Source: Candidatus Dojkabacteria bacterium
Lineage (GTDB): Bacteria > Patescibacteriota > Dojkabacteria > B142 > JAFGMG01
Assembly: GCA_016927655.1 (NCBI GenBank)
Contig: JAFGMG010000001.1
Location: 34,818 to 98,817 of the forward strand
Direction of reading: 5' to 3'
Length of the DNA: 64,000 nt
Below the pieces are notes generated by a model. The model was not told where the DNA came from and ran no database searches. It was given only the letters and a program-made list of their open reading frames with translations. Shown here piece after piece: positions 48,946 to 57,262 of the stretch; positions within the stretch are counted from its first letter, which is position 1; each line of letters opens with the position of its first letter. The translations under genes were made by a program, and so were the position numbers.

Positions 48946-49665
48946 ATGCCAGTAAGAGGGAAATTCATTGTCTTTGAAGGATTAAATGGCTGCGGAAAGG
49001 GCGTTGCGGTTAATTATGCAAAAGAATATTTTAATAAAAATGAAGTATATGATCTTCGTGATCATATGCGTAAATATAACAATCTTCCAGAAGCTTCAGA
49101 TCTAAAAAAGTACAAAGTTATTTTATCAGCCGAACCCACGCATAGTTGGGTGGGAGCAGCCATTAGGCAGGAAATGTTTTATGATAATGGCCGGGACTAT
49201 ACCGGGGAGAATATGTTATCCGCCTATTCTTTAGACAGGCTAATTTTATACAAGAGAGTACTTGTACCATTTAGGGAACTTGGAGGAATAGTCATTCAGG
49301 AAAGAACTATCAGTACAACGTTAATACAGCAGCCTGTGCAAGAACATAAACCAGTTGATATTGATACAATTATAAATCATCCAAATCATGAGTACATCCT
49401 AAAAAACTTACCTGATGAAATTATTATTTATAGAGTTGATCCAAAAAAAGTCGGAGAGTGGTTATTTGTAAGAGAAGAACAAGAAAATGACATTTTTGAA
49501 AAGCTCAAAATGCAGAAAAAATTTCAGAAGCGCTGGGAATCTACCTGGTTTAAAGAATTTTTTGAAAAGCGAGGAACAAAAATCAGCTATATTGATAATT
49601 TTGGAAGCTTAAATGAATTTGAACAAACCGTAGAAGAACTCTACAAGAATTTATTCCCGAAATAA
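48946..49665 (+). CDS. P-loop nucleoside/nucleotide kinase, thymidylate-kinase-like
   Basis: N-terminal FIVFEGLNGCGKG resembles the Tmk/dNK P-loop (IVFEGxDGxGK). Confidence 0.45.
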   Translation: MPVRGKFIVFEGLNGCGKGVAVNYAKEYFNKNEVYDLRDHMRKYNNLPEASDLKKYKVILSAEPTHSWVGAAIRQEMFYDNGRDYTGENMLSAYSLDRLILYKRVLVPFRELGGIVIQERTISTTLIQQPVQEHKPVDIDTIINHPNHEYILKNLPDEIIIYRVDPKKVGEWLFVREEQENDIFEKLKMQKKFQKRWESTWFKEFFEKRGTKISYIDNFGSLNEFEQTVEELYKNLFPK

Positions 49666-49674
49666 TTATAAAAC

Positions 49675-49902
49675 TCAGTTATAAACCGTCTCCATTGAAT
49701 AGCCGCAGGTTGGGCATAGAAATCCTGCTTCAAGGAAAAAGATCTGGTTGCCGCACTCCGGACAATGCGTTTTTGCCTCGACCTCTTTTGAAGGACGCAT
49801 TTCCCGCTCAAGCACCTTTATCTGCTCAGAAGCAAAGCTTCGCTGATATTTGTGCATAAAAGCCTGTTGTAACAAGTAAAACCAAGCATACACAAGAAGC
49901 AA
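49675..49902 (-). CDS. small zinc-ribbon protein
   Basis: CPECGN...CPTCGY. 75 aa. Confidence 0.35.
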   Translation of the reverse strand: MLLVYAWFYLLQQAFMHKYQRSFASEQIKVLEREMRPSKEVEAKTHCPECGNQIFFLEAGFLCPTCGYSMETVYN

Positions 49903-50025
49903 AGGCAGAAATAGCTAGAGTATTTATTAGAACGCTAAAACGATAAATCAATTACATCTTTTGACGGATGAGGAATAAAAAGATATCATCAGAGCACAAA
50001 GATTCTAAATCTTACCCCAAACTTT

Positions 50026-51621
50026 ATGAAATTAAAGTCGAGCTTCAATAAAGTTTTAAATATTGCATCACTCGAATCAAAGGATGCTCAAATCAAGGTG
50101 CATACTCTTCTGCAAAGCGAGAAAAATAAGCAGCCTTCCATCAATGCCTATCTTGGTGCAAGATACAGCAGATCAGCAGATTCAATAACTGATATCGCAA
50201 AAGAGATCATGGAGAGCAAGACAGATGCTGCTAAAAAACTCGAGATGATATTTCAAGGATATGGACACAAATCAGTAGGCGACATGGCAGGAATTTTTGT
50301 CTGTATAGAAAATATTCCGATGTTTCTTGCTCAAAAATTGTTTTACATGAACCCGGTACACGCAGGCCAGGAGAGATCTACCAGATACCAGAACTTTCAA
50401 GAGCCGGAATTTGCCAAAATGCCAAAAGGGACAGATCCTGAGATTGCAAAAGAATACGAGGAAATATTTAACTTGTGGATGCAAAATTACCTGGAAGTAA
50501 TGGAGCCTACAAAACAAGCTCTACAAAAGCAATTCAAGCCAGATAAGGGCGATAAAATGCAGAAAGGCGCTCTCCAGGCGAGGACTTTCGATACAGCAAG
50601 ATTCTTTCTGCCAATAGGGCTGCAAACAAGCCTAGCACTCTCAATGTCCGCAAGAAGCTGGGCAGAGCTTATCGGCTACTTGCGGGCAAGCAATCTTGGG
50701 GTCGCAAGAGAACTTGGAGAAATGCTCTATGTTCTGCTGACAGGAAACGATGAGTTGAAAAAAGAAGGCTACGTTCCGGAAGCAGATGGATTGATCAGGC
50801 ACACAGAGGCAAATCAAACTAGAAATAATTCGACGAGAGAAATACTAGAGCTTATTAGAAACAAATCCCTTCCAAAGAAAAATCTAAGCCTGCAGACTCC
50901 TCAGACCAGCAACTCAAAAGTAAATCTTGGAAATTCCGCGATTAGAGATTTCAGCAGACACTATGCTTTACTGATAAATCCTCTTGCAGATGTGGATAAA
51001 TTCAAACTTGATAATGTAACACTCAAAAAAATCGGCAGAATCCTCTCAAAATACCACAACCAGCACAATCAAATCGGGACAATCGCTCAAACCGGGGCAA
51101 TTTTAATCGAAGGTTTTGGCGACTATGGAAGTGTACTCAAAGATATCAACCGCCACAGAAGTCTGGAAAGATTTTTCCCTTTGCTTGAAGATTGGGTTGA
51201 TATTGACGCCGAACTTGGAAGAGAAGAGTCCGAGTGCTTCTTCCTTTGTGATTACCTCGAAATCAACTCGTTTGAAAAATTAAGAGCTGATTATAAAAAG
51301 CGTTTCGATCGAACATACAAAAGACTTAAGAACTGGTCTTTAAATGCAAAGGGAAAAATCTCAGAAGATCTGAGACTTGAGTATACGAGATATCTTCTTC
51401 CTCATGCACATGCCTGCAGATACAGGCTTTATGGATCGATTGATGATTGGCAGTATTTGATCCATCTTCGAATCCGTAATGGCGGACATATCTCGTATAG
51501 AAAGCTTGCCTATGACTGGCTTGTCAGATTGAGTAAGGCAGCTCCTGTATTTACAGGGATGGCGGATAAACTTGAAAAAGTAGACCATAATTCGCGGGAG
51601 CAATTCTTTGATAGATCATGA
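50026..51621 (+). CDS. ThyX-family (flavin-dependent thymidylate synthase-like) domain protein with a degenerate active-site motif and a ~280-aa C-terminal extension
   Basis: Residues ~90-230 align by eye with ThyX core blocks: IPMFLAQKLFYMNPVHAGQERSTRY against [24 protein letters not shown], and ARFFLPIGLQTSLALSMSARSWAELIGYLRA against [30 protein letters not shown]. The RHR motif is replaced by PVH. Confidence 0.5.
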   Translation: MKLKSSFNKVLNIASLESKDAQIKVHTLLQSEKNKQPSINAYLGARYSRSADSITDIAKEIMESKTDAAKKLEMIFQGYGHKSVGDMAGIFVCIENIPMFLAQKLFYMNPVHAGQERSTRYQNFQEPEFAKMPKGTDPEIAKEYEEIFNLWMQNYLEVMEPTKQALQKQFKPDKGDKMQKGALQARTFDTARFFLPIGLQTSLALSMSARSWAELIGYLRASNLGVARELGEMLYVLLTGNDELKKEGYVPEADGLIRHTEANQTRNNSTREILELIRNKSLPKKNLSLQTPQTSNSKVNLGNSAIRDFSRHYALLINPLADVDKFKLDNVTLKKIGRILSKYHNQHNQIGTIAQTGAILIEGFGDYGSVLKDINRHRSLERFFPLLEDWVDIDAELGREESECFFLCDYLEINSFEKLRADYKKRFDRTYKRLKNWSLNAKGKISEDLRLEYTRYLLPHAHACRYRLYGSIDDWQYLIHLRIRNGGHISYRKLAYDWLVRLSKAAPVFTGMADKLEKVDHNSREQFFDRS

Positions 51622-51672
51622 GGATTAGTATATAATGGTAATGTAGTCTCTATCTGTTAGAAAAATTTACTG

Positions 51673-52203
51673 ATGAAAGGAATCATTTTATTTGCAAGTA
51701 ATACTGGAAACGTTGAGAAATTCGCCAGTCAGCTTACAGATAAACTTGACGGAAGCTTCGAAATAGTAAATATAAAAACTACCAGCCCGAATAATATAAA
51801 AATCCGTGAATTTGAAAAAGTTGTGATTGGCACCTATATGAGAAGACAGAAGGCCGATCCTGATATCATCGATTTTATTATTCGAAACAGAGATATACTC
51901 CTGGAAAAGGACGTTTACATTTTTGTTTCAGCACTTGAAGCCGGTGGCAGCTACGAAAGAGAAATAATGCTTTCTTTCCCGGACAAAATCAGAGACACTT
52001 TTGAGATTTACAATGTCGGCGCTATATTTAATTATGATGGATTGAGATACATTGAGAAGGTCATGCTCAAGAATATCGCCAGCAGGCAGGGGAAAACTAT
52101 CGAGGAACTCCAGACATTTAATGAAAAACGCCTGGATAAATTTGCAGAAATCGTAAACACCACTAAACCTCAAGATAACATTGAGAAGAAGAAAGAAGAC
52201 TGA
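51673..52203 (+). CDS. flavodoxin-like / NrdI-like flavoprotein
   Basis: N-terminal MKGIILFASNTGNVEKFA matches the flavodoxin-fold FMN-binding loop (S/T-x-T-G-N-T/V). Confidence 0.4.
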   Translation: MKGIILFASNTGNVEKFASQLTDKLDGSFEIVNIKTTSPNNIKIREFEKVVIGTYMRRQKADPDIIDFIIRNRDILLEKDVYIFVSALEAGGSYEREIMLSFPDKIRDTFEIYNVGAIFNYDGLRYIEKVMLKNIASRQGKTIEELQTFNEKRLDKFAEIVNTTKPQDNIEKKKED

Positions 52204-52220
52204 AGGTCTTTTTTTAAACC

Positions 52221-52607
52221 CTAAATTGCCTCGAAATGTTCCAATCTCAAAATTTCATTCTCATCTCCAAGTAATATTGCCACATGATCCACTCTCCAAT
52301 TTTCATCTTCTAAACTTTTTTCGAATAGAAACCTCTTGGCGATTTTCTTTATATGATATACCTGTTCACCTCCTACTGTTTGATCTAGATCAAACCAATG
52401 TGTATCTCTTCTTGTTTTGACTTCAATAAATACAATTTCCTGCTGCTCCCGGTCTCTTGCAATAATATCGATTTCTCCGCCCCATTTGCGATAATTTCTT
52501 GCTAATACCTGATAACCCTTCCTCGCGAGGTAGTCACAGCACAGCTCTTCTCCAAGATTTCCCAGAAATTTCTTTTGTTTGGTGTCCAGCATGAACAAGT
52601 CTAGCAA
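52221..52607 (-). CDS. yraN: YraN-family (UPF0102) endonuclease
   Basis: GEIDIIARD...IVFIEVKTRR is the UPF0102 signature. Confidence 0.7.
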   Translation of the reverse strand: MLDLFMLDTKQKKFLGNLGEELCCDYLARKGYQVLARNYRKWGGEIDIIARDREQQEIVFIEVKTRRDTHWFDLDQTVGGEQVYHIKKIAKRFLFEKSLEDENWRVDHVAILLGDENEILRLEHFEAI

Positions 52608-52659
52608 AAAAGGATTGCCGGATTATGGAAATTTGATGGGAGTTTTGTGGAAAATCGAT

Positions 52660-53796
52660 TTATTTCCCCACTTTTTGTTCGAAATTCTCTCTTTTTCTAA
52701 TTGCCCTGTTTTCTCTAGCCTGCTTAGTCCTCTCATACATATCAATGACAAATCCTTTTATATTGAATTGAAGAAGGAATAATCCTCCAACAATTGCAAG
52801 GGCAGCATAGAGTAATTCGTCTGTTTTATCATCAATTATTGCCGTTTTCGGAAGTCCGCCGTCAACCGGGATATATGCTTCGCATCTGCATGTTGTAGTG
52901 CAGGTTTCGCCACTCAAACAGCCAGTAGGATTTGCTGCATAATCGCAGTACTCACCCGGATCAAGAGTGCCATCGCCGCACGTTTCAAGAACCTCTTCGC
53001 AAAGACAGGTTCTCGTATTGCAAGTAAATCCCTCCTCACAGTCTACACCAACCTCGCATTCCTCGTCGTCCTGGTTGATCTCGCCATCACCGCAAGTTGC
53101 TTGTGTTGTAACTGTTTTACATAGACATGTTGTAGTGTTGCATTTCTTACCAGCATAAGTACCCGTGCAGGGGATTCCGACTTCGCACTGTTCACTGGTT
53201 TGATTTATCTTGCCATCTCCGCATTTTGGCTCTGCTGGCACACACCGGCAAACACCCGTATTTACCCCACCGCCATCAGCATCGATTTGTACGCAATAGC
53301 CAGGAGAATATGCTCTATAGGTCGCTCCAGCTTGACCATCTTCATTGGCATAATTTGTCCCGTTCGAAGCATCTGTAATACAATCTGGGTAGAATGTATG
53401 ACTTGTACCAGTATATGCTCTTCTAAATTTCTTGATTTTTACACTGCTGGTACAGCCAGAGCTTAAAGAAAATGAAGTCACATCACCGCTAACTGTTGCA
53501 TAACAGGAGGTTGTTCCCTGACATTGAGACCAGCCTGCCATCCATTCATCCGTGGTATCACACCTTCCATCTGCCCAATCCCCACCGGTACAACACTTGT
53601 TGCAATCTTGAGTTTCAACACACCAGCCACATCCTGCATTACATTGTCCAGCAACAGAAGTATCTTCGGTCGTCTCCGTAGGCGTTTCCTCCTGTGTCAG
53701 TTGATATCCGAAATAAATTGCTCCAGCTCCTAGTGCAAGAGCTACAATTATCAGGATAATGGTGATTGTTTTGTTCATAGCAAGATGTCTCAACAA
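52660..53796 (-). CDS. cysteine-rich surface protein with tandem CGDG(x)4-6EEC repeats. N-terminal TM plus a C-terminal TM with a short basic tail
   Basis: KCGDGKINQTSEQCEVG, TCGDGEINQDDEECEVG and TCGDGTLDPGEYCDY resemble the Myxococcus-type cysteine-rich repeat. Confidence 0.5.
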   Translation of the reverse strand: MLRHLAMNKTITIILIIVALALGAGAIYFGYQLTQEETPTETTEDTSVAGQCNAGCGWCVETQDCNKCCTGGDWADGRCDTTDEWMAGWSQCQGTTSCYATVSGDVTSFSLSSGCTSSVKIKKFRRAYTGTSHTFYPDCITDASNGTNYANEDGQAGATYRAYSPGYCVQIDADGGGVNTGVCRCVPAEPKCGDGKINQTSEQCEVGIPCTGTYAGKKCNTTTCLCKTVTTQATCGDGEINQDDEECEVGVDCEEGFTCNTRTCLCEEVLETCGDGTLDPGEYCDYAANPTGCLSGETCTTTCRCEAYIPVDGGLPKTAIIDDKTDELLYAALAIVGGLFLLQFNIKGFVIDMYERTKQARENRAIRKRENFEQKVGK

Positions 53797-53872
53797 AATG
53801 TATCTATAACATTTAACAGGAAATCTAAAGAAATGGCAAATGTCCGGATTTTTGTGTTAAAATTGCGACGTG

Positions 53873-53945
53873 GCGCCGGTAGCTCAATGGATAGAGCAAC
53901 AGCCTTCTAAGCTGTAGGTTACAGGTTCGAGTCCTGTTCGGCGCA
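53873..53945 (+). tRNA. tRNA-Arg (anticodon UCU)
   Basis: Hand-folded: acceptor GCGCCGG/UCGGCGC, UA, D-arm GCUC-AAUGGAUA-GAGC, anticodon stem ACAGC/GCUGU with loop CUUCUAA, T-arm ACAGG-UUCGAGU-CCUGU. Confidence 0.75.
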
Positions 53946-53966
53946 CATATTACTGCCAAACAAAAA

Positions 53967-54737
53967 ATGAATTTACTAGCAGCGTTCGGGTTTCTGAGTT
54001 TAATAATTCAACCTCTACTTCCAATAAATCTTGGCGGCGTCCCGGTAAGAACAGAAGAAGGGCCGGTTTACGTCGAAGGAGAAATTGATGACGCAACATT
54101 AGATGCAAGACCGCCTGAAGTCCCAATAGAACTTCCCTCAATCAGCGCCGATTTCACAGAAATTACCCATGTGATAGCAGAACTTGATCTGCCCTTGCTC
54201 CAGCAGGACTTTTATTGGGGTAAATACGAGAATGGAAAAGCCGGAGCTGATGAATTGAACGACATGCCTATCCTCAAGCCGGGGGACAGAATAAGCGTCA
54301 TTGCAGACGGCTACGTTACCTTGAATCCAAAAAGAGGATACGTCCAATCTCAAGCAGGATACTACTACGGCTCCGGCCTCTGCTGGAGTATCAGTACTCT
54401 TGGAGGAACAATGGATGAAGCCAATAAAGTCTTTAAAGCAAAATATGGGATTGACTTGTTTGTTTTTAACTACGGTGATCGTTACGGACATTCTCACTAC
54501 TATCAAACATATCTTAATAGTAATCACGGTTATGGTTATACTGTGATCAAAGTCAGCTCCGGCAAAGGACAGGTGGATTATACTTTTACAATAAATCCGA
54601 AGATCAAGACAATCGAAGGCCTTGAAAACGCGGAGTTTAGAATTCAGATCCAAGCTACTGATAAACACAAAACCGCTTACAAAGGGCAGGCATTGAAGGG
54701 GATTGTGTACACAAATATCGACTCTTTATCGCAATAG
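53967..54737 (+). CDS. secreted protein with a VanW-like motif
   Basis: Signal-peptide-like N-terminus. GSGLCWSISTLGG resembles the VanW GGGxCQVSSTL region. Confidence 0.3.
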   Translation: MNLLAAFGFLSLIIQPLLPINLGGVPVRTEEGPVYVEGEIDDATLDARPPEVPIELPSISADFTEITHVIAELDLPLLQQDFYWGKYENGKAGADELNDMPILKPGDRISVIADGYVTLNPKRGYVQSQAGYYYGSGLCWSISTLGGTMDEANKVFKAKYGIDLFVFNYGDRYGHSHYYQTYLNSNHGYGYTVIKVSSGKGQVDYTFTINPKIKTIEGLENAEFRIQIQATDKHKTAYKGQALKGIVYTNIDSLSQ

Positions 54738-54778
54738 AATTTCCCGATTCTCACGCTGTTTGGTATAATTACATCAGT

Positions 54779-54853
54779 GGTGGTTGTAGCTCAATTGGTT
54801 AGAGCACCGGTTTGTGGTACCGGGGGTTGTGGGTTCAAGTCCCATCTACCACC
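54779..54853 (+). tRNA. tRNA-His (anticodon GUG) with G-1 and discriminator C. CCA is encoded immediately 3' (to 54856)
   Basis: Hand-folded: G-1, acceptor GUGGUUG/CUACCAC (one mismatch), UA, D-arm GCUC-AAUUGGUUA-GAGC, anticodon stem CCGGU/ACCGG with loop UUGUGGU, T-arm GUGGG-UUCAAGU-CCCAU. Confidence 0.8.
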
Positions 54854-56305
54854 CCATACTGTACTATCTTCCAAATTTGCAAGTAGATTGAACGGTTCTA
54901 AGTAGTCGTAGTGCAGTTTTTTGCCATCCCATGTAACGTTCTGAAGTACAGTCTTGATTAAAAGCTGAGCTTCATGAGGTTCCGAACGTTTAAATAACTC
55001 TGCACTATGCTTAGCCAGCTCTACAATAAGGTTTGCGGTCACATAGAAGGCTCTATCGACCTTTTGTACATTGGTTAATTTCCTTTCTATTTCGTCTAGT
55101 TGAGATTGATACTGTTTGTTCTTTTTTTCATACAATTCATTAGTAATACTTTCATCATATTTATCATCTAGTAGTTTTAGCATTCTATTATTAATAGCCT
55201 CTCTTTCTGAAACCAGATGTTTTATCAGGTCTTTTGAAATACCGTAGCTAGTCTCATTTAAATCTCTTAGGTCTTTGAGTACTTTTTCTGCAGTATTTTT
55301 ATCAAGTTGGATATTCTTAAAAGCTTTGGCAAATTGGTTCTTAAGAATTTCCTCACTTACATATTGAGCTCCATGCTTTCCTCCGTATTGTGTACATCTG
55401 TAATAGTTTTTCCCTCTTTGTTCTTCTGGGCTTAATGTATAACCGCAGACAGAGCATTTTATTAATGTTCTATAATGGAACTCCTTGCCCCTATATTTTT
55501 CTTTTCCATCCCATTTTGTTCGTCCTTCTTTAATATCTTGTACTTGATTAAATAAGTGTTCAGATACTATCGTTTCGTAGATATGTGGATACTCAAGATT
55601 TTTCTTTTTGTAGGTTGCAATGCCTATATAAAACTTATCTCCAAGTATTCTACCTATCATGGATTTACCAAGTTTTATATTATAGTCTTCAAGTATTTTT
55701 GCTGATAGTTGGCTCATTGAGTAAGTTTGTGTTGCGTATAATTCATATAGCTTTGCAACAACAATAGCCTCAATAGGTACTACTTTAACTGTCTTAATGC
55801 CTTTATCTGCATCAATAGTTATATTTTTATATCCAAATGGAGCTTTAGTAAGTATTTCTCCACTTTTTACTTTTACATCTATTTTCCTTTTTACATTGTC
55901 ACTTATAGCATCCGAATAATATTGAGCGAGTAATGCCCCAAGGTTAAATTTGAATTTCTCTGTAGCATATGAGTTCTTATCAATAATCAAGTTTTCAGAT
56001 GAAAAATGTAGTACAACTTTATCATCGTCTAATAGCCTTTGTATAGGGACTATGTGCATGAAATTTCTTAGTAGTCTGTCTACCTTATCGACTACCAATG
56101 CCACTTTCTCTTTTTGTGACTCAACATGCTTAATTACTGCATCAAACTTTTCTCTTTGAGTTTTATAAGCTGATTCGTGGAAGTCAAAAACATCTTGTTC
56201 AGAATATGTGAAGTTCACTTTTTCAGCATAGTCCTTCAACTTCAACAGCTGACCATCTGTTTCTTGTTCGTCTGTTGATACTCTAGCTAAAAGAATTGCT
56301 TTCAT
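54791..56305 (-). CDS. large serine recombinase (resolvase/invertase catalytic domain + recombinase domain + zinc ribbon)
   Basis: N-terminal ILLARVSTDEQ (catalytic Ser) and VDRLLRN. C-terminal CSVCGY...YYRCTQY zinc ribbon. The last ~25 codons of the ORF are antisense to tRNA-His. Confidence 0.8.
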   Translation of the reverse strand: MKAILLARVSTDEQETDGQLLKLKDYAEKVNFTYSEQDVFDFHESAYKTQREKFDAVIKHVESQKEKVALVVDKVDRLLRNFMHIVPIQRLLDDDKVVLHFSSENLIIDKNSYATEKFKFNLGALLAQYYSDAISDNVKRKIDVKVKSGEILTKAPFGYKNITIDADKGIKTVKVVPIEAIVVAKLYELYATQTYSMSQLSAKILEDYNIKLGKSMIGRILGDKFYIGIATYKKKNLEYPHIYETIVSEHLFNQVQDIKEGRTKWDGKEKYRGKEFHYRTLIKCSVCGYTLSPEEQRGKNYYRCTQYGGKHGAQYVSEEILKNQFAKAFKNIQLDKNTAEKVLKDLRDLNETSYGISKDLIKHLVSEREAINNRMLKLLDDKYDESITNELYEKKNKQYQSQLDEIERKLTNVQKVDRAFYVTANLIVELAKHSAELFKRSEPHEAQLLIKTVLQNVTWDGKKLHYDYLEPFNLLANLEDSTVWGGRWDLNPQPPVPQTGALTN

Positions 56306-56310
56306 GTTTG

Positions 56311-57261
56311 TTAATAATTTGATCCATAAGTCTTATTTGTTAGTTCTGCCATAGTCTTCGAATTCAGGATATCTTCCAACTTGTAGTATCTAGGACCATA
56401 GAGAGCTAATTGAGGGGTATCACCTAAGATTACAGGATTCTCAAGTTTTTGAATGTTTCCATCATGATGAATAATGTACTTTCCTGGTTTACCTTCAAAT
56501 GGCTCAATTTTGGTAATTTTTGCATAATATCTAATACTACTGATTGGGGCGGCTTCGTAAAGTGCAACGTATTTTAATTTATCAATATTTGATTGACCTA
56601 TCCTTACAGCCCACCAAGCATTTTTCTCTTCGAAAGCCTTTATTCTTCCCTCTCCTTTACATGGTCCTACGATTGTATCGTAAACTCTCTCAGCATTTGT
56701 CTGATGCTCTTTTACTGGCTTTTCTTCTATTGCTACATCACCTTCATCTTTAAGTGGCTCAAAAAGGTTAAAGCCCAAAGTAGAAACGAGTAGTTCAACG
56801 TCATCAAAGAAATCTAGAATTGTTTCCTGTTTAAATTCATGAAGGTTGTTTTGGTTTGGATTTGTCCTATTTTGCACTTCAAATCTTCCTATTTCGATTG
56901 CCTTCATTACTGCATATGATTCAAGGAACTTAACATCTGCTTTATCTAGGCTTCCATTCGAAGATACTACTACTACTGCCCATTGCCAAAAATCTTTATT
57001 GACCTCGTGATTTTTTATTCGGTGGATAAAATTTTCACACTCTCCGATGTAAACACTTGTTCTTTCATCATCAAATAACATATACAAAGCAGGAGATGTA
57101 AGGTCTTGTCTTGTATTTGCAAAACTAATTTGATTCCTTGGGATTACATAGACTTTAGCTGTACTAACAGATAATTCAGCGATTTTCACTCCATTAGGAT
57201 CAGAGTCTTTAAGAAAAATCTGTATTGTTTTTGCTCGTGCCATGTTTATTTTATTAATCAA
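56311..57261 (-). CDS. GIY-YIG (T5orf172-like) nuclease domain protein with a C-terminal domain of unknown function
   Basis: ALYMLFDDERTSVYIGECENFIHRIKNH fits the GIY...YIG...N...R...H pattern. Confidence 0.45.
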   Translation of the reverse strand: MINKINMARAKTIQIFLKDSDPNGVKIAELSVSTAKVYVIPRNQISFANTRQDLTSPALYMLFDDERTSVYIGECENFIHRIKNHEVNKDFWQWAVVVVSSNGSLDKADVKFLESYAVMKAIEIGRFEVQNRTNPNQNNLHEFKQETILDFFDDVELLVSTLGFNLFEPLKDEGDVAIEEKPVKEHQTNAERVYDTIVGPCKGEGRIKAFEEKNAWWAVRIGQSNIDKLKYVALYEAAPISSIRYYAKITKIEPFEGKPGKYIIHHDGNIQKLENPVILGDTPQLALYGPRYYKLEDILNSKTMAELTNKTYGSNY

Positions 57262-57262
57262 A

